From a virus: a DNA stretch of 64,000 bases. The number at the start of each line of letters is the position of its first letter. Position 1 is the first letter of the stretch. Below are positions 15,928 through 25,094 of this stretch, piece by piece. The translations under genes and the position numbers were made by a program. Location: the IMG/VR virus record IMGVR_UViG_3300031963_000013. One strand, given 5' to 3'. The notes below the pieces were generated by a model that saw only the letters and a list, made by a program, of their open reading frames with translations, did no database searches and was not told where the DNA came from.

Positions 15928-16141
15928 AGAAGGATACATAGAAATGATTAAAGATAGGCTTCAGTGGTGCATAGACACAGAAAGGTACGAAATGGCGGCA
16001 AGGCTGAGGGATCAAATACGTTTACACAGCACAAGAGAGGGAGAAGACGAAGAGTGGAAACAACAGTACTACTTAAGCTTAGCTAAAAAATACGCGCCTG
16101 AATTTTGCGAATTATTTAATAAAACAAACAAAAATGGATAA
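15920..16141 (+). CDS. UVR (UvrB/C coiled-coil) motif protein
   Basis: ERYEMAARLRDQI. Confidence 0.65.
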   Translation: MVKEGYIEMIKDRLQWCIDTERYEMAARLRDQIRLHSTREGEDEEWKQQYYLSLAKKYAPEFCELFNKTNKNG

Positions 16142-17189
16142 CAATTTCAATTTCACTTACTTCACAGATTACGAAAAAGACAAGTCTGTAAAGATCGGCA
16201 TCTCTGCCCTTGTGGGTAAGATCAGCAGACAGATCTCCTCTCATAAAGCCGGTTGGCCGACTATGATCGCTAATCAACTAAAGCACGCTGGGTATCCAAA
16301 CGTCACAGTTATTCACGATCAGAAAACGGATTGGTCGGAATACGATGTGATACTTTTAGAACACGGTATGGAGTTCAAGGGAACTTTCAATATCTTTGGA
16401 GGCGCCAACGACGAACTGTACGATCAAGTTAAAAGGATATTTGTGCAAGGCGTTAGAATGTACTCGCTTCACGTTGACATGCCGTTGATCGGTGACTTAA
16501 TTAAAGTTCGCCACAGAACGGGCACAGAACAGTTCAAAAGCCTGTTAGAGAAAGCTGACATGGTAAACAACGTGTGTGCTACTTCTATTCCTCGTGTAGA
16601 CTTCATCGAAAAGACAGACAAGTTGGTGTTTGGCGACTCACACTGCTTCAGTACTTACAGACCCGGTTGGATGGTGTGTAGGAACGACGGTATGACAATG
16701 TACGGTTGCTTGAATAGAGGATTGAAGTCTTACGTGTTTCCTTGGGTAAAAGAGCTCATCGTTTACATGGGTAACATAGACGTTCGTCACCATCTGATGA
16801 GACAGCAAGACCCAATCAAATCTATTGACGAAATGATGGCCGCTCTAGAGCAGCAACTGCTTGAACTCAATCTAGATTCTGTTACGTTGACTGAAGTACT
16901 GCCTATTGAGAACGTTTCTAGAAAGATCCCCAAAACTGGTTGGTACAAAAAGATGCCGTACTTCGGAACTTGGGAAGAGCGCTCAGCGTTGGCAAAGTAC
17001 ATAAGCGTAAAGCTCAACGAGATTGCAGAAAGAAACAAGTGGAACGTTTACAAAGTGCCTGCGATCTTCAAAAACGAGAACGCTGAATTGGACTTCAAAG
17101 TTATGGAGAGGCCACAATCTGTACACATCTCCAGGGAATTCCACTACTGGGACTACGAATTAGATCAACAAAACACAAGAATACAATAA
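16134..17189 (+). CDS. SGNH/GDSL-fold-like protein
   Basis: VFGDSH block I, GNIDVR block III, C-terminal SVH. Confidence 0.55.
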   Translation: MDNNFNFTYFTDYEKDKSVKIGISALVGKISRQISSHKAGWPTMIANQLKHAGYPNVTVIHDQKTDWSEYDVILLEHGMEFKGTFNIFGGANDELYDQVKRIFVQGVRMYSLHVDMPLIGDLIKVRHRTGTEQFKSLLEKADMVNNVCATSIPRVDFIEKTDKLVFGDSHCFSTYRPGWMVCRNDGMTMYGCLNRGLKSYVFPWVKELIVYMGNIDVRHHLMRQQDPIKSIDEMMAALEQQLLELNLDSVTLTEVLPIENVSRKIPKTGWYKKMPYFGTWEERSALAKYISVKLNEIAERNKWNVYKVPAIFKNENAELDFKVMERPQSVHISREFHYWDYELDQQNTRIQ

Positions 17190-17192
17190 CAC

Positions 17193-18374
17193 ATGGACAA
17201 AAAAGCAATGAACAACGTCAAGTACCTAAAGATGACCAAGTACTACGACGAATTTTTGAAGTACTTTAGAATGGCCACTGTACAACAGGCCGAGTGCAAT
17301 TTAGGTAAGATCAGACACTGCGACTCAAGCGTAGAGGACGATCTGATGAAGCACGTTGAGCTGTACGATGTGGTCGAAAGAAAATACGCAGGATTCTCCC
17401 AGATTGTCAACGACTGCTTCTACGGTTTCACAGAGGACCATCCGTATTGGGACAAGATGAAGGACGGTATCATGTCAAAGCAGCGCGAAATCATATCTAA
17501 GAACTGGACTGGTAAACGCAATGTGTTTGGAGTGCGAGAGTGGATGTACCTTTTCTTGTTTCACCGTTTAACAGGCTCCGCTATCAACTATTCGATGAAG
17601 CCTTCAGGGTACCACAATACGCTTCTGTTCGATATGCACAAAGCCGACAACATACCGCAAATGGTACAGATCATTCAGCAAGCGATCAGACCGTTTTATA
17701 CGTCTATAGGTTACCAGTTCCCAAGCTTTCCTAAGCCCAAAGGCAGATACAAGCGTGGAGGAGACTACTTCCTTTGCGAATACGTACCGCAGTTGGCCGA
17801 GGACCTTACGAGGTTTTTAGAGCAGGGAGAAAAGAAAGACTTGCGTGAAGTAGGCGACTTCATGTTTAAGTGGAACAAAGACAGGGACCTCAGAGCTTTC
17901 AAATTCCAGTACGCCGCTGTTATCGCTGATATTGCCGATTGGTTCCCTGAGTTTGTGAACAGAGAGAGCCCGTTCTACTACGGCACAAACGCTATCGAAT
18001 GCATCGAGTATCTTGCTACCAAGTCTATCAAGATGCCAAAAGAGGACTTCTTAGACGCAGTAATGATGAAGATATACGAAGACACAGGTAGCTACCCGTA
18101 CAACGCAGAGGACGTTGCGTGCGATAGCATACGTTGGATCGAGAACTACGTTAAGCCTGGTGCAGACTACGATCACTTGGACTTCGACCACGTTTGGAAC
18201 AGTTCGAGCATTAAAGATCACCCTTACGGAAGACAAAAAGCTATGTTAGACCTTGGGTTGGTACCGAGTTTCAATGGTATCACCGAACATCCGTCAGACG
18301 ACAAAGTTATCAAGTCTTTAAATATGACAGAAGAACAATACAAACAACGAGTAAAAGAATACTACGGACTATGA
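17193..18374 (+). CDS. putative amino acid:DNA transferase (aGPT-PPlase-like, HhH fold)
   Basis: FQYAAVIADIAD, YYGTNA and AEDVACDSIRW resemble family motifs. Confidence 0.5.
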   Translation: MDKKAMNNVKYLKMTKYYDEFLKYFRMATVQQAECNLGKIRHCDSSVEDDLMKHVELYDVVERKYAGFSQIVNDCFYGFTEDHPYWDKMKDGIMSKQREIISKNWTGKRNVFGVREWMYLFLFHRLTGSAINYSMKPSGYHNTLLFDMHKADNIPQMVQIIQQAIRPFYTSIGYQFPSFPKPKGRYKRGGDYFLCEYVPQLAEDLTRFLEQGEKKDLREVGDFMFKWNKDRDLRAFKFQYAAVIADIADWFPEFVNRESPFYYGTNAIECIEYLATKSIKMPKEDFLDAVMMKIYEDTGSYPYNAEDVACDSIRWIENYVKPGADYDHLDFDHVWNSSSIKDHPYGRQKAMLDLGLVPSFNGITEHPSDDKVIKSLNMTEEQYKQRVKEYYGL

Positions 18375-18559
18375 GCAATACAGAAACAAAAAAAGACAGA
18401 GTAGAGATCTCTGAACTGGTTGAATTCTATTACCAAGCTGGAGATGATTACCAACTCTGGGATGAAACGGAAAGCGGGCCTTATCCGATAGACCGCATGC
18501 TAACAGCTTTTAAAAACTTTCTAAACCAATACAACCATGGCCAACATAATATACAATAA
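18371..18559 (+). CDS. hypothetical protein
   Basis: Overlaps both neighbours. Confidence 0.55.
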   Translation: MSNTETKKDRVEISELVEFYYQAGDDYQLWDETESGPYPIDRMLTAFKNFLNQYNHGQHNIQ

Positions 18560-19532
18560 CACGTGCGAAGTACCCTTTAAGGGAAAGAAACCGCAAAGAT
18601 CATGGATGAAGGATTGGACCGAAGAGGAACGCATAGACAAGTTCTTCGAGTTCTGTCACAAGTTCGACGACAGACAGGACGATCTACTAAAAAATGAGTA
18701 CCAGATATTCTCCCACCGCCTACACTGGCACGAACACCCGTACTGCGAGTACATGAAAGAGATAGTAAGTAACAAAGCGAGACTGTTCTATACGCTTGTG
18801 TTCTCCTTTACTAACGAACACTGGGGCACATTTATGAAGCTTTATGACGGGGGTATAGAAGCAACAAGAGAACACTTCAAAGAGAACAGACACGCTCGCA
18901 ACGACCTGTTTCAGATATATTACCCTAAGGGTACAAACGTAAAAGAGTGGGTGTTGGAAGGACCCAAGCAAGCAGCTGAAGATCTGTATCACGTGTTGGA
19001 CGAAGTAGAAAGGGGAGTAAGACCCAAGTTCACGATGATGGGCTTTGCTAAACTGTTAGAGTCGTATTTCAAAGAACACCAGAAGTTCAGAAGCCCGCTT
19101 TACCCCTGTAAGAACACGGCCAGATATGTAGCGATGTCTTACCCGCACTTGGTCGATCCAGAGTCGATACTATTTGGAGGTACTGGCCACTTCGACGGAC
19201 TTCACCAGATATTCGATGGTCAGAACTTAAACGGTAAAGTTAAGTACAGCGTAAACTCAGCGGGAGAATTTATACCAGAAAACAAACAGGCGCACGAGTG
19301 GTTGAGACAGATGAAAGTGCTGGTTGAACACCCTAAGAACCCTATGGTGTCACAAAAGTACTTGAATGTAGAAGATAAAACTTGCTTTTTTTGGAAGCAC
19401 ATAGCAATATCTCACGGAGAAAAGCGTCCTACTAAAAATATTCCTTACACTTGGATATTCAATGATAAGTTCAATTTAGGTAATAGACCCGAATTCTTAG
19501 AAGGCATTAAAGATAGGTGTCTAATGTATTAA
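18537..19532 (+). CDS. second putative aGPT-PPlase-like protein
   Basis: GGTGHFDGLHQIF and NVEDKTCFFWKH motifs. Confidence 0.45.
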   Translation: MANIIYNNTCEVPFKGKKPQRSWMKDWTEEERIDKFFEFCHKFDDRQDDLLKNEYQIFSHRLHWHEHPYCEYMKEIVSNKARLFYTLVFSFTNEHWGTFMKLYDGGIEATREHFKENRHARNDLFQIYYPKGTNVKEWVLEGPKQAAEDLYHVLDEVERGVRPKFTMMGFAKLLESYFKEHQKFRSPLYPCKNTARYVAMSYPHLVDPESILFGGTGHFDGLHQIFDGQNLNGKVKYSVNSAGEFIPENKQAHEWLRQMKVLVEHPKNPMVSQKYLNVEDKTCFFWKHIAISHGEKRPTKNIPYTWIFNDKFNLGNRPEFLEGIKDRCLMY

Positions 19533-19555
19533 TTGAATATTTATTAAAAACTCTT

Positions 19556-20107
19556 ATGATAAAGTTAACTAACTTAGTAAACGAGGCTTATGGATCTACA
19601 AAGTTAAGCGCTGATATAGAAAACTGGGCAAATAGTAAAGGATTAAACTTTAAAAAGCTGTCTGCAAAAAAATCCCCTGGTAATTACGGAGCGAGCATAT
19701 CGAATACATTTTTACAAGTCGGTGACAAATATGTATTAGTGAGATACGAAACAGTACCAGGAGCACCAAGATTGAATCAGTTACGGTTTTTCATTTTAGA
19801 TAAACCAGATCTATCAGCTAAAGTATTAGCGAGCGCTGATTATGTTGAAGATTTTGGATACGTACAATCTGCGTTAGAAAAAGCTATATCTGCTAGTGGT
19901 AAAGAAGCCGAAAATTGGAACGTAAAATCAAAGCTTGACAAATTCATAAGAGACTTATCAAAAGATAAAAAATACAATAAGTTCTCCGACGCACAAGCTG
20001 GTGATATGGCACAGTCTATATTAGACGACAACGAAGGCCTCGAAAGAGCAATTCAACAAATATATAAAGTGAGTGATGCCGCAGGATGGTTAGCGGATAG
20101 ACTATAG
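19556..20107 (+). CDS. putative head-cargo protein
   Basis: Late motif at 19537; MIKLTNLVNE leader; probable start ATG 19556. Confidence 0.6.
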   Translation: MIKLTNLVNEAYGSTKLSADIENWANSKGLNFKKLSAKKSPGNYGASISNTFLQVGDKYVLVRYETVPGAPRLNQLRFFILDKPDLSAKVLASADYVEDFGYVQSALEKAISASGKEAENWNVKSKLDKFIRDLSKDKKYNKFSDAQAGDMAQSILDDNEGLERAIQQIYKVSDAAGWLADRL

Positions 20108-20180
20108 TCACCAAAAAATTTAAGTATTGGAAACCAATCAGTTATAACCAATTGATAACCAATGCGCCCAAGACACACCA

Positions 20181-20204
20181 GGAGCTCACCAGAGCTCCTT
20201 TTTT
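20181..20204 (+). terminator. hairpin terminator, identical copy at 22591-22614
   Basis: GGAGCTC-ACCA-GAGCTCC-TTTTTT. Confidence 0.75.
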
Positions 20205-20379
20205 AGGGCCTATACGTTATCCTATCCCAATAAACACATTCGAATTGGGAGTTACGGGTGAGTATTTGGGAGAGTCTGTGTTTTTTGGATAGCAAAGCAT
20301 ATTTATTGACGGAATGGTTATAGTGTTAATTGCATTGTAGCCATTTTTTTTGTAACAACTCATCGTAAACCTCTAACCT

Positions 20380-20652
20380 ATGAAAAACTTTTTATCCAAC
20401 CTGTTCAGAGATGGCAATGACATCAATGAAAAATCTGTAATTGGTTTTGCGTCCTTTCTAATGATGATAATATTTGCTGTAGTAGATATAATTACAGGGT
20501 ACATGGGCAAACAGCTCTTGATTAACGATTTTATTTTCAATTCATTTTTGATTATGACTTTAGGCGCTTTTGGTATAGCGTCTGTAGACAAGTTTATCAA
20601 TACAAAATACCAAAATAAAACCGAAGAAACACCACAAGAAGAAAACCTATAA
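20380..20652 (+). CDS. holin-like membrane protein
   Basis: Two TM segments, first gene of the endolysin operon. Confidence 0.6.
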   Translation: MKNFLSNLFRDGNDINEKSVIGFASFLMMIIFAVVDIITGYMGKQLLINDFIFNSFLIMTLGAFGIASVDKFINTKYQNKTEETPQEENL

Positions 20653-20654
20653 CC

Positions 20655-20957
20655 ATGGCAACAAAAAAATCAGCAGTAGAAGCAGTAGCCGGTACAGTAA
20701 AACCGCCTATCAGCTTTAAAGAGTTTGCGAAAGAACCGGTAAAGGGACTCATGTTCATCTGCATCATCGCGGTTGGATACCTTTATGTAGACATCAAAAT
20801 GAGCAACTCTTCTACGCAAAAAGCGCAAAACGAAAAGATCCAGAAACTAGAAGCAAAGATCGATGAGTTGACAAACGCTCTCAGAAAATCTGATAGCACG
20901 TTAGCCGCTGCAGCTTCCAAAATAACCGTATTACAACAACTAGGTAAAATACAATAA
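20655..20957 (+). CDS. TM + coiled-coil lysis-associated protein (holin/i-spanin-like)
   Basis: Single TM followed by coiled coil. Confidence 0.5.
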   Translation: MATKKSAVEAVAGTVKPPISFKEFAKEPVKGLMFICIIAVGYLYVDIKMSNSSTQKAQNEKIQKLEAKIDELTNALRKSDSTLAAAASKITVLQQLGKIQ

Positions 20958-20958
20958 C

Positions 20959-21345
20959 ATGAAAATATTTTATTTATTATTATTGTCTTTAGTAGCAAGT
21001 TGTTCATCACACCAAATCAAAACAGAAACCAACTATGAAAAAGCTGATTCAATTATACAAAGTAGTAAAGCCACTGTTATCAAAAGCGACAGCATTGATA
21101 GACGAAGCGAAAAAGCTATTAACAAAAAAATAACCCAAACGGTATTTAAAATAAAGACGCTAGAGAACGAGATAATTATAGTTAAAGGCGCATTGGATCA
21201 GGCCACAAAAAACCCAACTGTGATTAGGGTGGTAGATACGGTGTACATAGAAAGGAAGAAGAACTTTTGGGGGAAAGAAAAGACGACTGTAACAATCAAC
21301 TCGGACAGCACAAGTGTGGCCGACACTACGTTTCAAAACAAATAA
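20959..21345 (+). CDS. lipoprotein (o-spanin-like)
   Basis: LVAS-C lipobox. Confidence 0.5.
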   Translation: MKIFYLLLLSLVASCSSHQIKTETNYEKADSIIQSSKATVIKSDSIDRRSEKAINKKITQTVFKIKTLENEIIIVKGALDQATKNPTVIRVVDTVYIERKKNFWGKEKTTVTINSDSTSVADTTFQNK

Positions 21346-21357
21346 AAACAATAAAGT

Positions 21358-21957
21358 ATGGACTTAAACAAACTGAAGGGACACGTTCCCGACACTGTTA
21401 TCGCACAGTTACCCGACACAATCGCAAAATTCGAACTAAACACTCCCCTTCGCTTGGCGCACTTCTTAGCCCAAGCGGGCCACGAGAGCGGTGGCTTCAA
21501 AGCAGTAAACGAGAATCTAAACTACGGCGCAAAAGGCCTTTTGGGAATATTCAAGAAGTATTTCCCCACGCCTGAGAAGGCAGCTTTGTACGAGCGCAAG
21601 CCCGAAAAGATCGCTAACTTGGTGTACGGTGGTAGAATGGGTAACGGACCAGAAGCGTCCGGTGAGGGTTGGAAATTTCGCGGCCGTGGATACATTCAAT
21701 TAACCGGTAAAGACAACTACAAGGCGTTCGACGCTGTTGTAGCAGAATCTATTGTAGATAACCCGGATTTGGTAGCCACTAAATACCCGTTGTTATCAGC
21801 TGCTTGGTTCTTTCACAAAAACGGACTACACAAGATAGCCGATCAGGGCGCTACCGACGCTGTCGTAACTTCTGTTACAAAGCGCGTTAACGGTGGAACC
21901 ATAGGACTACCCGATCGCATAAAGCACTTCAAAGAGTATTACAATCTTTTAAAATAG
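21358..21957 (+). CDS. GH19 (chitinase-like) endolysin
   Basis: AHFLAQAGHESG, ENLNY, FRGRGYIQLTGKDNY, VNGG..GL.DR. Confidence 0.93.
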   Translation: MDLNKLKGHVPDTVIAQLPDTIAKFELNTPLRLAHFLAQAGHESGGFKAVNENLNYGAKGLLGIFKKYFPTPEKAALYERKPEKIANLVYGGRMGNGPEASGEGWKFRGRGYIQLTGKDNYKAFDAVVAESIVDNPDLVATKYPLLSAAWFFHKNGLHKIADQGATDAVVTSVTKRVNGGTIGLPDRIKHFKEYYNLLK

Positions 21958-21961
21958 ACCG

Positions 21962-22567
21962 ATGAATAGGCTTCAAAAGTTTTCGATAGGCCTTGTTTTT
22001 TTAGCTCTGTGTTCTTTCCAGCAAAAAAATTCACTCGGTAAAAGCGCGTTAAGAGACTCTGTATTGGTAAAATCCGATATATTCACGATAATGTACTCTG
22101 AGACGTTCGAACAACCGTTGTGGATAAGATATACGGTTAAGTGCCCAAAGGGGAACGCTTCCAGGTCTGGTATGAACTTTTACACGAACGACACTGTGCA
22201 CACTTCGAACGATCTAGATTACGCAAACAACGTGTACGATAAGGGACACATGGCACCCGCTGCCGATTTCAACTGTAACACAGACATGTTGAGGAAGACT
22301 TTTAGTTACATCAACTGCGCGCTACAGGACCAGTATTTGAATAGGGGCGTTTGGAGATTTTTGGAAGCTTACGAGAGGGAGTTGGCTGTGAACGGAGAAG
22401 TTAACGTTCTCATCACAGTGAATTTCGGATCTACAAGGTTGGCTTCCGGAGCAATAGTACCGCTGTCTTTCAAAAAACAAATATCTTACCAAGGTAAAAC
22501 AGAGTGCTATTTATTCCTTAACGAAAAACCTAGGAGCTCCAATTTTTTGGACTATAAGTGTAAGTAG
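21962..22567 (+). CDS. exported DNA/RNA non-specific endonuclease (His-Me finger, NucA/EndoG family)
   Basis: YDKGHMAPAAD, N...Q...LNRG.W..LE; N-terminal hydrophobic signal ending LALC. Confidence 0.88.
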   Translation: MNRLQKFSIGLVFLALCSFQQKNSLGKSALRDSVLVKSDIFTIMYSETFEQPLWIRYTVKCPKGNASRSGMNFYTNDTVHTSNDLDYANNVYDKGHMAPAADFNCNTDMLRKTFSYINCALQDQYLNRGVWRFLEAYERELAVNGEVNVLITVNFGSTRLASGAIVPLSFKKQISYQGKTECYLFLNEKPRSSNFLDYKCK

Positions 22568-22590
22568 ACGTACAACACCACAACGTAATG

Positions 22591-22614
22591 GGAGCTCACC
22601 AGAGCTCCTTTTTT
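22591..22614 (+). terminator. hairpin terminator between convergent operons
   Basis: Identical to 20181-20204. Confidence 0.8.
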
Positions 22615-22635
22615 ATTGAGTATGGTTATTGCGTG

Positions 22636-23121
22636 TTAATAAATACTGTCTGATGGTGCGCTCTGGTGCAGATCTGGATCTGGTTTAACGTCCCTTCTGT
22701 AGTATCTTCCTGCTATCGTATCGTTGTAAGAGTCTACGTGAAGCACTTTTAATTTGTGTTGCCACTGTTCTTCGTAGTAAGTGCACTGCTTTTTGTTGAA
22801 ACAGAACTCTAGTATTTCCCTGTGAAAGTGTTGTAGACCCATGAGTTTAATGTCCTCCTGCAGGTTCTTGTTGCTACCGTTGTAGTCGGACCAGTTGCTT
22901 TCTTTCCTCTCTTTCTTTTTCTTTGGAATGCGCCCTGGTTTGTCCCAGTTCTCTGTTTCTTTTTTTGTAAGCTTCTTTGTGAGTGTATTGAACAGCGTTT
23001 TCTTTCCTACGTAGATCTTACCGTTTGTGGTATTGGTGATCATGTATACAAAACCTACGCAGCCTTCGGGGAATTGGGAGAGACTCTCTATCTCTATACC
23101 CTCGTATAACCATTTTTGCAT
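22636..23121 (-). CDS. GIY-YIG endonuclease
   Basis: GFVYMITN..NGKIYVGKK, ESNW..Y.GS, F.REIL. Confidence 0.85.
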   Translation of the reverse strand: MQKWLYEGIEIESLSQFPEGCVGFVYMITNTTNGKIYVGKKTLFNTLTKKLTKKETENWDKPGRIPKKKKERKESNWSDYNGSNKNLQEDIKLMGLQHFHREILEFCFNKKQCTYYEEQWQHKLKVLHVDSYNDTIAGRYYRRDVKPDPDLHQSAPSDSIY

Positions 23122-23145
23122 TAACTTCTTTTTATATAAATATGA

Positions 23146-24048
23146 TTAACTGTCCCAACGCACCACGAACGTTAAATCGGTGTTAGACGGTATTGACGTT
23201 GGATTGCCAAGCTTACCAACCAACAGTAGCTCGTTTTGTTGATTGTACAGACCCACTGTTGTAGCGTACGGCCTAAAATCCGAACCAGTGACAGCGTCTA
23301 TGTAAGATCCGGTCGATCCCGCCTTGTTTGCGCTTGGGTTTAAAGTGTAATTGAAATCGTTTTCGGAAACTCTGCATCTTACGGTGTTTTCGTATATCGT
23401 AGATTCGGCGTAAAAGTTCAAAGAGTTCAAAGAGTTCAGCAAATCTTCGTAGTTTCCGTCTGTTATAATCGCCATGCCTTGCGAATAGATTATGTTTCCC
23501 ACGTGACTACCCGTAACGATGTACGTAGGCATCAACTCAAAATAATTATTTGGGTTGCTGAAGTAGTTGTTTTTGGAAAAGTTTAACAGTTGGGTGTTGT
23601 TCGTTATGTCTACTAGATTTCCGTTTCCGTCGTCAGTGATGTAACCCAGTGATGAAGAAACTACAAAACTGTATCTAGCTATGTTCTCTCCGTACTTCTC
23701 CCTTGGTATCGATATTGCTGTTGCTAAAGAGCCTGGTCCAACAGGATATGCCCTCCTATCAGCGTCCAAAGCTCCTGATGCCGCAGTTGATTGTAACCAA
23801 TTTTCGTACATCGAAGAGGAGTTTGGAAAGTGGTTGTTAAAGAACCTTGAATAGTAGAGGTGCTTTATAGACAAGTAGTTTATTGAATCTTGATTGATGT
23901 TTCCTGAGAGCGATATTGACCCGCTCTCGCCCCTAAACGTAGTGATGCTGCTGCCTGATATCGACCCCGAAAACGAAGACGAATATCTAAGTTTTATGGG
24001 CACAACAGTAACGTCTGATGCGTACAGTGTATTTGAAGATAAACTCAT
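23146..24048 (-). CDS. baseplate/tail-fibre attachment structural protein
   Basis: C-terminal TTVGLYN..NELL.V.KL..P motif; S/T/N-rich. Confidence 0.65.
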   Translation of the reverse strand: MSLSSNTLYASDVTVVPIKLRYSSSFSGSISGSSITTFRGESGSISLSGNINQDSINYLSIKHLYYSRFFNNHFPNSSSMYENWLQSTAASGALDADRRAYPVGPGSLATAISIPREKYGENIARYSFVVSSSLGYITDDGNGNLVDITNNTQLLNFSKNNYFSNPNNYFELMPTYIVTGSHVGNIIYSQGMAIITDGNYEDLLNSLNSLNFYAESTIYENTVRCRVSENDFNYTLNPSANKAGSTGSYIDAVTGSDFRPYATTVGLYNQQNELLLVGKLGNPTSIPSNTDLTFVVRWDS

Positions 24049-24054
24049 GAGATT

Positions 24055-25074
24055 TTACCAATCTAATTTCACTCTTATCAACATCTCTTTCGTGAAGTCC
24101 TTTGTAAGAGGTTTAGACAATTTTGCTACAGCCAATAGATCGTTGTTTTCATTATAAAGGCCAACAGTTGTTGGGTAAGTTTGTGGACTGTTTATAAAAT
24201 TGCTGTAAATCAATTCCCCAGAGCCAGTCAAGAACGATGGGTTTGTAGTGTAGTTGTAGTCTGCGTTTCTAACCCTAACAAACACGTAGTTCGAAGAAAT
24301 CGTCTCTTGAGACAAAAGTTGAAAAGAAGATCCTGAAGATATAGATTCAAAAACCAAGTTATTATTTACCGTGTTTAATGCGCTAGCAGAATAAAAAGGT
24401 ATAGCAATACCGCCCGATGCTGCTGTAAGCGCTAACGCCCTTGGATTAAGAAGTATGGTTCCGATGTCTGGTAAGAACAGTCCGTAAGATCCCGATACTG
24501 TGTAACCATTTGTTGAAGCACCTAACGGCGCAGTAACATTAGCTGAAGTGCCGTTTGAACCTGAAACTACTTGAAACACTCTTCCGCAATCCAAGTAAGA
24601 TATTACTGTGGTATCGTTAGAGTTGTCAGTCAATCTCAAAGGACTATTGGTTCCGTATCCAAGTCTCAAATTGAAAGTACCAGGCATTAGGCTCTCTTTG
24701 TACCTGCTTCTGTCTACAGTTATAGCGATCAGATCGTAAGCGTCTGTGTTTCCGGTACCGAAGTTTACGCTCGATTCAGCGTCACCGTATATCAGATTTC
24801 TGAACTGACCGAAGTTTATTCTGGTCGGAGTGTTCTGTGTCACCAAAGGATTGATGGGTACCGAACCCGACGCATCTTTTCTACCGTAAGCGATAGAGAA
24901 CTGGATGGCAGCGTTTATCTGACTAGAACCGGTATTATACACGTCAAGGTAGTAATTGCCTTGCGAAGCTGTAAAGAATGATGATAGCGTAGGTATGTTA
25001 CTACTCCAAGCCGGAGCTGTTACCGAATCGGCCGATACTACGAAATCGTTTGGATCCAATGCTGTGAATGACAT
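24055..25074 (-). CDS. baseplate structural protein, paralog of neighbour
   Basis: NYTTNPS...TTVGLYN..NDLLAVAKLSKP. Confidence 0.65.
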   Translation of the reverse strand: MSFTALDPNDFVVSADSVTAPAWSSNIPTLSSFFTASQGNYYLDVYNTGSSQINAAIQFSIAYGRKDASGSVPINPLVTQNTPTRINFGQFRNLIYGDAESSVNFGTGNTDAYDLIAITVDRSRYKESLMPGTFNLRLGYGTNSPLRLTDNSNDTTVISYLDCGRVFQVVSGSNGTSANVTAPLGASTNGYTVSGSYGLFLPDIGTILLNPRALALTAASGGIAIPFYSASALNTVNNNLVFESISSGSSFQLLSQETISSNYVFVRVRNADYNYTTNPSFLTGSGELIYSNFINSPQTYPTTVGLYNENNDLLAVAKLSKPLTKDFTKEMLIRVKLDW

Positions 25075-25094
25075 ATTTCTTGTTTATTGTGTTG

